32,000 nt of DNA from Candidatus Iainarchaeum sp. (GTDB lineage Archaea > Iainarchaeota > Iainarchaeia > Iainarchaeales > JAZDEL01), in contig JAZDEL010000001.1 in the NCBI GenBank assembly GCA_043808785.1, positions 180,001-212,000 on the forward strand, given 5' to 3'. Of the stretch, positions 22,954 through 31,352 are shown piece after piece (position 1 is the stretch's first letter; every line of letters starts with the position of its first letter). The position numbers and the translations under genes are program-made. The notes beneath the pieces are model-generated. The model was given only the letters and a program-made list of their open reading frames with translations. It ran no database searches and was not told where the DNA came from.

Positions 22954-23658
22954 TTACCGCACAGGTTCGTAGCTTTCCACAGCCTTTCCCCTGAACTGGA
23001 ACCTCAGGCCGTTAATGAGGTGGAACAATATATACCTTCCGTATCCCCACTTTTTCACCCTGCGCGCGGAAACGTTCGCAACCACGGCGGCGCAGTATTT
23101 CACCTTTCCCTTTTTCCCCATCCTTTTTGCCAGGTCGAGGTCTTCTGCGGTTACGAGCGCTGTGTTAAGCCCCCCCGCCTCCTCGAACCACTGTCTCCTT
23201 ACTGCCATGTTCGAGCCTATGGGGTTGTGCATTCCGAACAGCGACATCGCGCGCAGGAAGAATGAGATGGCAATTTTGCTTGCAACCCTCTCATGCCTCC
23301 TCGCATCCGAAAAACAAACAGGCCCGTAAACCATCGCGAGGTTTTTGTTTTTTTCGAACTCGCGCGCGATGTTTTCAACCCAGTCAGGAGGAAGCACGGC
23401 ATCGGCATCAGTGAAGGCAATTACATCCCCCTTCGCAATCTTTGCGCCAGCCTGCCTCTCCCAAGCGGCGGAACGGTTCCTCTCAAGCGCAACCTTCGCG
23501 CCCAACTTTTTGGCGATTGCAACTGTCTTGTCCTCGCTGTAACCGTCCCCCACAACCAACTCGATTTTGTGTTTTGTTTTCTGTACCCTCGCGCTCTCCA
23601 GCGCCGCCCCTATGTAATTCTCCTCGTTCAGTGCGCCTATGACAACGGAAACCAGCAT
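22954..23658 (-). CDS. GT2-family glycosyltransferase
   Basis: 234 aa. Motifs are MLVSVVIGALNEENYIG, VVGDGYSEDKT and FTDADAVLPPDW (the DxD region). Confidence 0.85.
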   Translation of the reverse strand: MLVSVVIGALNEENYIGAALESARVQKTKHKIELVVGDGYSEDKTVAIAKKLGAKVALERNRSAAWERQAGAKIAKGDVIAFTDADAVLPPDWVENIAREFEKNKNLAMVYGPVCFSDARRHERVASKIAISFFLRAMSLFGMHNPIGSNMAVRRQWFEEAGGLNTALVTAEDLDLAKRMGKKGKVKYCAAVVANVSARRVKKWGYGRYILFHLINGLRFQFRGKAVESYEPVR

Positions 23659-23712
23659 AACCAGAATTGGGGAATTGTTAATAAAAGGAGTTAGGGTTTT
23701 TGCAAAGCGCGG

Positions 23713-25101
23713 TCAGGCGGCTTTCTTCAGTTTTTCTTTTGCGCCCATTACTCCAAGGAGTGCATCTTCATAGGCGGATTTCCGCCCCTTAATTCTTCCG
23801 AATTTGCGATCCATATTCCCTTCCCTGAGCGTTACCTTTTCCTCTGTCCTTTTTTGCTTTGCATTTAATATGGCCAGGTTCCCTTTCGCCCCTACCTGCT
23901 TTTCCTGCATTGAAAGTATCCTAAAACGCAATGCATCCGCCCGTTCCTTCTTTGCCAGCCTTCGCGCTTCGAGCCTTCCTTGTATGCCCTGAATGCGCCC
24001 CTGTCTGTCAACAATCTTTTGCTCAAGCCTGTGCGCCTTTTTCTCCCCGCCCTTCGCCCTTGCAGCATCCAGCCTGTCCTGGGTTTTCTCAATTACGCGC
24101 CCGATTTTATCAACCCTTCTCCCCGCCCTCCACTTCGCAAGCCTCCAGCGCAGGCCTGTCGGAGTTTCAACCCATTTGTCGAGTTTGTATGCCTTTTTAT
24201 TCATTTTATTAATCGCCTTCTGCGCCTTCAGGATTGCCCTCTTGTTCCTGTATTTACCCCAGGCAACAAGCGGCGCTTTAGCCCCTTTCAGGTAGCGCAG
24301 CCTCCAGTCCTCGGCTTTCATATGCTCCGCGCCCTGCGGATTATTTGCAAGATTTATCCTACTCTGCAGGCGCGCCTCAGCTAAAGTCAACCCGCCCATT
24401 GCCGTTGCTTTTGCAGTCGTCTTTGCCCCGCTCCATACATAAGGTGCCGCTTCTTTGACTCCCCTTGCTGTGGCCTTTGCTCCCCGCCAGCCCTGTTCGC
24501 TAGCCCATTTGGTCCCCTGCCATGTGGCGTTCGCCCCTTTTTTCACGCCTGCGCCAGTTGCATTAGCCGCATTTCCTATTTGCCTCCCCGCCCATGCGCC
24601 AGCCGCCCCCACTGCCCTGCTTGCAAGTTTAGCGTGCCCCGCCGTTCTCTCGGCGTCTTTCTTGACAAATTCCCCAATGCTCCTTGCTGCAGCCCCTGTA
24701 TAATCCCTAAACTGCGCCTTCTGCATTTGCTGGCGTTGCATCTTCAGCCGATTTGTTTTCATGAGCGCATTATTATATTCGGAGAATTCGGCATAACTTG
24801 GGAACTCGGGATAATTCTTCCGGAATTCATTGTCCCACCATTCAGGCCCCCTTTCCTTAATCATCTGCCTGAAATAGCCTGTGTAGGTGCGGCTCATGAA
24901 TCTGCGCCTTAAGGCTTTTGAATCGCCCCTGCTTGCTTTTATGTCGCTCCTTGCGGCGGCTATGAGGTCTTTTCTCATATTTCTTATTTTTTTGCCGCCC
25001 CTCCCGACATTAATTCGCATTGGCAAGTAGATCACGTATCCGCCTTTATTGAGCCCGATAATGTTTAGTGTTCCGCGGTTAATAAACGTTTCTTTTTGCA
25101 T
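23713..25101 (-). CDS. very basic Ala/Lys/Arg/Gly-rich repeat protein, unknown function
   Basis: 462 aa starting at the ATG at 25101. The central region carries degenerate W-x-G-x-K / GAKxTA repeats (GAWAGRQIGNAANATGAGVKKGANATWQGTKWASEQGWRGAKATARGVKEAAPYVWSGAKTTAKATA). The C-terminal third looks like a K/R/E/Q-rich coiled coil. Confidence 0.65.
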   Translation of the reverse strand: MQKETFINRGTLNIIGLNKGGYVIYLPMRINVGRGGKKIRNMRKDLIAAARSDIKASRGDSKALRRRFMSRTYTGYFRQMIKERGPEWWDNEFRKNYPEFPSYAEFSEYNNALMKTNRLKMQRQQMQKAQFRDYTGAAARSIGEFVKKDAERTAGHAKLASRAVGAAGAWAGRQIGNAANATGAGVKKGANATWQGTKWASEQGWRGAKATARGVKEAAPYVWSGAKTTAKATAMGGLTLAEARLQSRINLANNPQGAEHMKAEDWRLRYLKGAKAPLVAWGKYRNKRAILKAQKAINKMNKKAYKLDKWVETPTGLRWRLAKWRAGRRVDKIGRVIEKTQDRLDAARAKGGEKKAHRLEQKIVDRQGRIQGIQGRLEARRLAKKERADALRFRILSMQEKQVGAKGNLAILNAKQKRTEEKVTLREGNMDRKFGRIKGRKSAYEDALLGVMGAKEKLKKAA

Positions 25102-25234
25102 TCAGGGGCGTGCATCAGATGCAATTTCCGAAAACCAGCGTAGTCAGAGTTTAAATACCCTCGGCGCAACTAATATATATACCAATTACATAATGAATTA
25201 AAGAAAGAATAAAAGAAATCGGGAAGGCGTGCGC

Positions 25235-25801
25235 ATGGTTTCGGGGAAGGTTCTGCTGGGGGCGGGGGTTGTTGTTGTGCTCGCTGTTGCGGCATATTTC
25301 CTGCTCGTGCCTTCGGAAAAGGCGGAACTGGAAAAACTCAACGCAATCCTCGCGAAATACGGGGTTGATTTCCCGGATAATTTTTCCTATGCTGCGCTTG
25401 CGGCGTTGCCCGCCTCCACGCGCTCCACAATGAAGTCGGAACTGCAGGATTTTGCGGCTGGTGGCGCTATTTTCAAAAAGCCTGAAAGCGTTGTGAAATC
25501 CGCCAATTTCATGGTTGCATTTATTGATGTCGTGAACTCTGCGGAACTGACCGACAAAAAGAATGCCGAAATTCTTGCCGGTTTTTCAAAGCCGCCCTGC
25601 GACAGCCTGGGCACAATAAGCGAGCGTAACGAACTTGAAGCGATGACAATTTCGCTTCTTGCCCAATTGCAGGATGAGGCGAGGGAACTTTCAAGCGATA
25701 AGGATGTGACTCTGAGCCAGCAACTGATTGACCAGCTAACTGCCGACCACGAGCAGCATGTCAGGGCATTTAACGATTTGAAAGGGGGTTGTGTGCAATG
25801 A
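25235..25801 (+). CDS. N-terminally membrane-anchored hypothetical protein
   Basis: Track ORF starts at GTG 25229. The ATG at 25235 is preceded by GGGAAGG. It has a TM helix (VLLGAGVVVVLAVAAYFLLV) and then a helical domain. Its stop overlaps the next start as ATGA (25798-25801). Confidence 0.7.
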   Translation: MVSGKVLLGAGVVVVLAVAAYFLLVPSEKAELEKLNAILAKYGVDFPDNFSYAALAALPASTRSTMKSELQDFAAGGAIFKKPESVVKSANFMVAFIDVVNSAELTDKKNAEILAGFSKPPCDSLGTISERNELEAMTISLLAQLQDEARELSSDKDVTLSQQLIDQLTADHEQHVRAFNDLKGGCVQ

Positions 25802-27897
25802 GCGGCATTAAATTGTTTAGAAAGCCGCGGGGGGTAGTCATAGTAGCGCCGGCGACTGCCTATATGGTAATCTCCATTTGTGTCGTGATACTTGCCTTAA
25901 TTATTCTCACTACGGGGCTTATTTTTAAGAGTGATATCAAGGAGTTTATTTATTCCATCACCGTAACGCCCGCAAAGTGGCTAATGGGGGAGAATGACAA
26001 GCCCGCCACAGGGGGGCTTGCAAACATTACTGGCACTTGCAAGGGTTTTGACCTGAAAAAATATTGTGATTCAATAGATGAACTGACCCAAAGGGGCGAA
26101 AGCATATATACCGAAAGCACCGACCCGCAGAAGTTTTTGCTGAAAACACAGGTTTATGACCCGCTTGCCGCCATTGGAAAAGGAAATGCAAATGGCGTTG
26201 CTGAACTTTGCACGAACATTGCCAAAACCCATTCTGCGCCCTTTATATGGTACGTTCCTTCATGGAATGGACCTGGGGATGAAGTACAGCCTAATGCGAA
26301 TGAAACAGTTGACAAGGCGTGGGACGAGTTTTTCGAGAAATTAATGAACACCAAACTTAAGGGCGATTTTGAAGGTGCCTCATTCGAGTACCTCTATGAT
26401 TGGGTAAAGATAGTTTGCGCCAACAAAGACAAGGCAAGCGCAAAAGATTATTATTCCATAATGGCCGGGGAAAAAGTGATTACGTCTATTGCTGTTGCGC
26501 CAGAGGTGCAGGGCGTTATAAACGCCCTTGACAAGGCGGGCTACTTTGAAAAGGCAAAGGAATACTGCAAAGACCCCGACTTCCCGTCTGCATATTATGC
26601 ATGCCCGATTATAGCAAATACTGGCACCAAATACCAAAGTGACTTTATATTTTCCAGCAGGCCCGACAGCGACAATCCTTTGGAAGTGGCACTTAATAAA
26701 AATAAATATCTGACACTGGTTGCAGACCTGAAGAAGGCTGGCGGTTGGGTTAATTGGGCTTCATTTGGCTGGTTTAGTCCGTCTGTATTCACGATTACTG
26801 TTTCCCCCGAACCAGGCATATTTGAGAATACGGTTGCCTCCACCAGCGTGGATGTGACCGAGGGTTCATTTGCGAATATGCCAACCGATGACCTGAAAAT
26901 GAGGGCGTTCTTTAAGGATGTTTTCTTGGACAACAAGGCAAATATTGTCCCTGTTGCCTATGAGGATGCAAAACAAAAATACCCTAGCGTCTTTGTTTTC
27001 CTCCCTCCCCCGACTAGCATAGGGGCATACAAGGGTGTGGACTTTTATGCAATGAAGCCCTACCTCATTCTGAGTGAAAATGCCCATAGAAAATATTTGG
27101 CATTGGGTAGAGGGGGCTTCACAGGCACCGTGGGGCGCATTTGGGATTACGCGTTAGTACAGGGCACCAATGCCAAAGATTATCTCTCTAGTCAAGTTTC
27201 CAATTTAACCAATTCTACCTTCGATTTTACGCTTTCACTCGACCCCCCTGCAGGGCTAAATAGCACTGTGGATGTTGAGCAAGGCAATGAGCCGTGGGGT
27301 AAAATTCCTGCCTCTGCCTGCAAATTTGAAGATGGCGGCAAGACCTGCAAACTCACGCTGCCAATAGGCAGTGCGAATATGGCATTATATAAAATAACTT
27401 ATGATGCCGATGGTGGTGGTGGGGAATATTTGCCCGGGGTTACTAGTATATTGGCGGATGGAAGCTTTACAAAAGACAGTGTAACCTCCCCCAAGAGCGG
27501 ATCTGCAACAACGCCTAGGCAGGAAGGCGCTAATCCTGCAGCGCCTGCCGCTACCGATGAAGACCTGCAGTTGGAAATAACTGTGGCGGGCAAGGGAATT
27601 GAAAACCTCCTGCCTACACTGAAGGCAAAGGAGTCCGACACTTCCCTTATGCAGGAGATATTCTCGCTCAAGGACAGCAAGGGAACGGACATTGACTTTG
27701 ATATGGAGATAACCCCCCCCAACATAATATTGCTCACGATACGAAAGGATGAGCTGGCTAAAAAGTCGTTGCATACTGGCGACAAACTTATGCTTGAGAT
27801 GAAGTTCAGCAACGAGAAACTGGATAAGGATAACTATAAAAAGTACAAAAACTTTAGTATAAGTGATAACTCTGCTCTTGAGGTGCAGGTAAATTGA
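25798..27897 (+). CDS. large N-terminally anchored extracellular protein, unknown function
   Basis: 699 aa from the ATG at 25798. The N-terminus is basic and followed by a long hydrophobic stretch (KLFRKPRGVVIVAPATAYMVISICVVILALIILTTGLIF). Several N-x-S/T sequons are present (NIT, NET, NLT, NST, NST, NFS), along with paired Cys residues. The gene is more AT-rich than the flanking DNA. Confidence 0.75.
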   Translation: MSGIKLFRKPRGVVIVAPATAYMVISICVVILALIILTTGLIFKSDIKEFIYSITVTPAKWLMGENDKPATGGLANITGTCKGFDLKKYCDSIDELTQRGESIYTESTDPQKFLLKTQVYDPLAAIGKGNANGVAELCTNIAKTHSAPFIWYVPSWNGPGDEVQPNANETVDKAWDEFFEKLMNTKLKGDFEGASFEYLYDWVKIVCANKDKASAKDYYSIMAGEKVITSIAVAPEVQGVINALDKAGYFEKAKEYCKDPDFPSAYYACPIIANTGTKYQSDFIFSSRPDSDNPLEVALNKNKYLTLVADLKKAGGWVNWASFGWFSPSVFTITVSPEPGIFENTVASTSVDVTEGSFANMPTDDLKMRAFFKDVFLDNKANIVPVAYEDAKQKYPSVFVFLPPPTSIGAYKGVDFYAMKPYLILSENAHRKYLALGRGGFTGTVGRIWDYALVQGTNAKDYLSSQVSNLTNSTFDFTLSLDPPAGLNSTVDVEQGNEPWGKIPASACKFEDGGKTCKLTLPIGSANMALYKITYDADGGGGEYLPGVTSILADGSFTKDSVTSPKSGSATTPRQEGANPAAPAATDEDLQLEITVAGKGIENLLPTLKAKESDTSLMQEIFSLKDSKGTDIDFDMEITPPNIILLTIRKDELAKKSLHTGDKLMLEMKFSNEKLDKDNYKKYKNFSISDNSALEVQVN

Positions 27898-27907
27898 TGG
27901 CGGTCTT

Positions 27908-28699
27908 ATGCTCGCTCGAAACAAAGTTGTACTGTTGCTGATTGTCGTGCTTTTGGCTGCGCCATTTATTGTGGCGAAACTTCAAAAGTTCACTGTAAAC
28001 GCATCAACAGGGACCGCGCAGGCTGAGCAGGATGCGTCTAAGCCACCCGTAAAACCGCCAACAACTCCCCCCGCGCAAACACAGCCCGCCCCAATCGGGC
28101 AGCCGAAAATAACACTGGTTGGCGATAGCCCCGTGCCCCCGGGCGAAAATATTCCCTTTCCCGCCGACGGAAAAAACCTGACTGTCGTTTATGCGCCAAT
28201 TTCCTCGGCAACGGAGGCGACTCTTGAGTTGTGGGCGCTTACGCCTGAAGAGGCTGCTGGTTTCTCAAAGCTTACTTTCGATGAAAAAAACAAGGCCGAC
28301 AGCGGAAATTTCAGACGTAGGCAGTGCTATTTATGGGAGCCTGCCCCGCCCCCGAAAAACGGTATTTTTGAATTCACTGTCAAGTGGAACACGCCGTGCC
28401 ATCCTAAATTTGAGACGACTTACGGAAGCATTATTCTAGGTGACTTTTACACGATGTATGGGTCTTACCAGATGCTTGGGAGCAATTATTCCTTTTATCT
28501 CGTTGTTGAGAACAACGTGGCAGGCACCTGGGTAGATTCCGAGCCCGTGCGCCTCGAATATTCCGACGACTGCAAGAAGTGCGACACAATCCTCTGGTGC
28601 AAGGCATGCATGGACTGGAGGCTTGTTAAGTCGGTTTTCGCCGAGCCCGCTGCTGCGGCGCCAACAGCGCCCGCGCCGCCGGCAACGCCTCCGAAGTGA
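27908..28699 (+). CDS. secreted or anchored Pro-rich-linker protein with Cys-rich C-terminus
   Basis: 263 aa. A signal/anchor (VVLLLIVVLLAAPFIVA) is followed by the PPVKPPTTPPAQTQPAP linker. The C-terminus carries DDCKKCDTILWCKACMDW and the tail APTAPAPPATPPK. Confidence 0.75.
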   Translation: MLARNKVVLLLIVVLLAAPFIVAKLQKFTVNASTGTAQAEQDASKPPVKPPTTPPAQTQPAPIGQPKITLVGDSPVPPGENIPFPADGKNLTVVYAPISSATEATLELWALTPEEAAGFSKLTFDEKNKADSGNFRRRQCYLWEPAPPPKNGIFEFTVKWNTPCHPKFETTYGSIILGDFYTMYGSYQMLGSNYSFYLVVENNVAGTWVDSEPVRLEYSDDCKKCDTILWCKACMDWRLVKSVFAEPAAAAPTAPAPPATPPK

Positions 28700-28714
28700 G
28701 CATAGTCCGATAGT

Positions 28715-28752
28715 GTATACTATTTATATACATTTGTATACTTTTAGTATAC
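28715..28752. promoter_or_regulatory. helically phased (G/A)TATAC hexamers across a leaderless promoter
   Basis: GTATAC occurs at 28715, ATATAC at 28726, GTATAC at 28736 and GTATAC at 28747, spaced 10-11 nt apart. The TATA-like TATTTATATA is at 28721-28730. The last hexamer abuts the ATG at 28753. Confidence 0.6.
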
Positions 28753-29367
28753 ATGGCGCGTACGCCTGATTTGCTTTTCGGCTCTGCAACAAGGGTCAGG
28801 CTGCTTGAACTTCTCCTTTTCAATGCGGGTGCGCAGCTGCACCTGCGCGAAATAGCGAGGCGCGCCAAAGCGGTGCCGACATTCGCGAAAAAGGAGCTCG
28901 GCAGGCTCGAGGCATGCGGACTTGTGAAGCGCGCGGAGCAGGGGAACATGCTTCTTTACTCCGCGAACGAAAAAAGCCCGCTCTACAATGACATGCGCTC
29001 CCTGCTCCTCAAAACCTCGCTCCTGCCGGAACAGCTGAAGAAAATTCTGCAGAAATTCGACGTGAAGTTTGCGCTTATTTACGGCAGTTTTGCAGCGGGA
29101 ACCGAAAGCAGGGGAAGCGATGTAGATATGCTTATTGTGGGAAATGTCCGTGAGCGGGAGTTCATTGCGCCCCTGCATGAACTTGAGGGAAGGCTCGGCA
29201 GGGAGGTAAATTATATAATCTGGACTGAACATGAGTTCAATAAGCGCGCAGGGGAGGGGAACGGGCTGCTTGTTAACATAGCAAGGAATCCGGTTATCTT
29301 CCTGGCAGGGGATGAGGATGAGTTTGGAAGAATTGCTGGAAAAAGGCCTGGTAAAAAAGGCGGATAA
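28753..29367 (+). CDS. winged-HTH plus minimal nucleotidyltransferase (MntA-like) fusion protein
   Basis: 204 aa. The N-terminal ArsR-like wHTH is RVRLLELLLFNAGAQLHLREIARRA...LEACGLVKR. The NTase motif is IYGSFAAGTESRGSDVDMLIVG (GS-x9-DxD). Confidence 0.8.
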   Translation: MARTPDLLFGSATRVRLLELLLFNAGAQLHLREIARRAKAVPTFAKKELGRLEACGLVKRAEQGNMLLYSANEKSPLYNDMRSLLLKTSLLPEQLKKILQKFDVKFALIYGSFAAGTESRGSDVDMLIVGNVREREFIAPLHELEGRLGREVNYIIWTEHEFNKRAGEGNGLLVNIARNPVIFLAGDEDEFGRIAGKRPGKKGG

Positions 29368-29743
29368 GGATGCCGCAGCTGCAAGGAAGTTCCTCGCAAT
29401 CGCGGGGCGCGACCTGAAGGCTGCGGAAGATAATCTGGAATATGAGAACTACGACTGGAGCCTGGCAATGGCTTACAATGCAATGCTCCAGTGCGGGCGC
29501 GCCCTCATGCATTCGCTCGGCCATGTCCCGAGCGGAAGCCAGAGCCATGTTGCAATAGTGCGGTTCGTCCAGAACCATTTCAGGGGCGAAAAAGACAAAG
29601 GAATTTTCCTGCTTTTTGACAAGATAAGGAAAAAGAGGCACCAGGCGGTCTATGACGAGGCGGGAATTGTGACATTAAGCATGGCGAGCCAGGCGATAAA
29701 GACAGCGGAAGAGTTCATGGAAAAAATAAAGAAGGAGATTTAA
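29312..29743 (+). CDS. HEPN-domain protein (partner of the nucleotidyltransferase)
   Basis: 143 aa, all-helical. NYDWSLAMAYNAMLQCGRALM and DKIRKKRHQAVYD fit the HEPN (PF05168-like) pattern R-x-x-R-[NH]-x-x-x-Y. The start is the ATG at 29312 or 29318. It overlaps the upstream gene by about 50 nt. Confidence 0.75.
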   Translation: MRMSLEELLEKGLVKKADKDAAAARKFLAIAGRDLKAAEDNLEYENYDWSLAMAYNAMLQCGRALMHSLGHVPSGSQSHVAIVRFVQNHFRGEKDKGIFLLFDKIRKKRHQAVYDEAGIVTLSMASQAIKTAEEFMEKIKKEI

Positions 29744-29745
29744 GG

Positions 29746-30459
29746 GTGAGCGGCAGCCTTGAGGGGTTCCTGCGAAAGCATAAACTTTCCCTCGTTCAGC
29801 GGGAGCGCATAGCAAAGGGCTGGAGCAGCGAGGTTTTCCTTGTCGGGCGCGGAAGCAAGGGCGCGCGCGGAAAAAAACAAGGCGCCCGTGCGGGGTTCGC
29901 GCCGAAAAGCGGAAAGCAAAAACCGCGCGAAAGGTTCGCCCTGAAAATAGAAAAACCAAAATCCCCGCGCATCGGCATGGTTAGGCGCGAGGTCGAGAAC
30001 CTGAAAACCGCGAACAATGCAGGCGTGGGGCCGAAGTTAGTTTCCTTCGACCTGAAGCGCAAAATTATCCTCATGGAATTCATTGATGGCGTAACCCTTC
30101 GGGAGTTTTTGTTTGACGCCCTGCCCGCGAAAATAAAAAGCAAAAAAACGCGAAGCAGGGTTCTGCACAATTTCCTGGACAAACTTTTTGAGCAGGCCGA
30201 GGCGCTGGATAAGGCTGGCTTGGACCACGGGCAATTAGCGGGCAAGGGAAAAAACATCCTTGTGCGCGAAATTAAAGGGCGCGGCAAGAGTTTGCGCAAG
30301 GGCAAGGGTCCGCGGCACGAATGCGAACCCGTAATTATTGATTTTGAGAAGGCTTCCCCGAACAGGCGCGTGCACAACCGCAACCAGATTGAGGGGTTCC
30401 TTCTGAAAAACAAGTACGGCGCCTTCGCGAAGAAAACAAAAGAAATTTTGCAGGGTTAG
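29746..30459 (+). CDS. small RIO/Bud32-like atypical protein kinase-fold protein
   Basis: 237 aa with a GTG start at 29746, 8 nt after AAGGAG and 2 nt after the HEPN stop. Kinase-like elements are AKGWSSEVF (Gly-loop-like), FALKIEK (the beta3 Lys), LMEFIDG (hinge), LDHGQLAGKGKNILV (catalytic loop with Q in place of the usual D) and VIIDFEKAS (the metal-binding D). Confidence 0.6.
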   Translation: MSGSLEGFLRKHKLSLVQRERIAKGWSSEVFLVGRGSKGARGKKQGARAGFAPKSGKQKPRERFALKIEKPKSPRIGMVRREVENLKTANNAGVGPKLVSFDLKRKIILMEFIDGVTLREFLFDALPAKIKSKKTRSRVLHNFLDKLFEQAEALDKAGLDHGQLAGKGKNILVREIKGRGKSLRKGKGPRHECEPVIIDFEKASPNRRVHNRNQIEGFLLKNKYGAFAKKTKEILQG

Positions 30460-30507
30460 CATGGCGAAAAGGTTTTTATTCAGGAACCCATAATTGATTG
30501 TGGTTTC

Positions 30508-31107
30508 ATGGCTTCAAGAGGTTTCAGGCTTAACTGGGTCGCAGTTTCAATCGCCCTGCTTGCTCTTGCCGGCACGCTCGGCTATTTCTACCTTGCAGGG
30601 GAAGATGTAAAGCGCTCAGTGGAGGAGGAAGGTGCGGCTTTTGGGGAGCGTGCACCCATAGTGAGCCTCGTAATACTTACTGTATATTTCAGGCATTTTG
30701 AGCAGAACCCGCAGGCTATCGATAGGGAAAGCGGGCGGATTTGCACAGAGAGTGGTGCCGAATGCGCCGAGAGGTTTTCCCCGAACGAAAGCGCAAGGCA
30801 GGCGTGCAAAAACGCCGCAGGCTTGATAACAATCTATGCGCGGAACATAAAAAACGAAAATTCCGTTTTGCTGGGTTTCAATTCGGTTGCGCTAAAATTT
30901 TCCGGCGCGAACTGCAATATCGGCGGCCCTGCCGAGAACGGCTTTTACGTGCAGGGGTTTCCGATATATGCCGGCCCTTATCGCGGCTTGTCTGAAAAGG
31001 AAGACTGGGAGTGCAACCTCCCCGCCTATCTAAGAAATTATGGTGCGGTTGAGGCTGCAAAAGGCTTTGCCGCCTGCCTGCAGGAACTGGAGAATGCGCA
31101 GCAATAA
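30508..31107 (+). CDS. N-terminally anchored Cys-containing hypothetical protein
   Basis: 199 aa. It has a TM helix (WVAVSIALLALAGTLGYFYL) and several Cys residues in the predicted extracellular part. Confidence 0.65.
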   Translation: MASRGFRLNWVAVSIALLALAGTLGYFYLAGEDVKRSVEEEGAAFGERAPIVSLVILTVYFRHFEQNPQAIDRESGRICTESGAECAERFSPNESARQACKNAAGLITIYARNIKNENSVLLGFNSVALKFSGANCNIGGPAENGFYVQGFPIYAGPYRGLSEKEDWECNLPAYLRNYGAVEAAKGFAACLQELENAQQ

Positions 31108-31118
31108 AGCCGGTAGTT

Positions 31119-31352
31119 TCAGCCCATCGCCTTTAAAACAGCCTTCTCGGGCTCCTTAAGCACAAAGCCTATTTTCGGGAGCGCGTTCTTGGGCAGGTTC
31201 TCCGAAACATCCAGTATTTCCAAACCCAAAATTTTGCCGTCCTTATCGTAATCGACAATCAGCCCGTCCTTTACCTCGTCGCTCTCGAAATATTCGGCCT
31301 CGCTGAACCTTATATACATTGCATCATTTTTCTCGTCATACCTTATTCTCAT
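31119..31352 (-). CDS. DUF2283-family protein (putative antitoxin-like partner)
   Basis: Track ORF runs to 31373. The ATG at 31352 gives MRIRYDEKNDAMYIRFSEAEYFESDEVKDGLIVDYDKDGKILGLEILDVS, the DUF2283 signature. The start overlaps the upstream stop as ATGA. Confidence 0.75.
   Translation of the reverse strand: MRIRYDEKNDAMYIRFSEAEYFESDEVKDGLIVDYDKDGKILGLEILDVSENLPKNALPKIGFVLKEPEKAVLKAMG

Noticed and set aside
25798-25920. Class III (type IV pilin-like) signal peptide at the N-terminus of the 699-aa protein (KLFRKPRG|VVIVAP...)
   Set aside because: The basic stretch followed by G and then a hydrophobic segment is suggestive. However, the residues after the putative cleavage site and the very long hydrophobic segment do not match the usual archaeal prepilin pattern, and no prepilin peptidase or pilus ATPase is nearby. 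It is treated as a plain N-terminal anchor.
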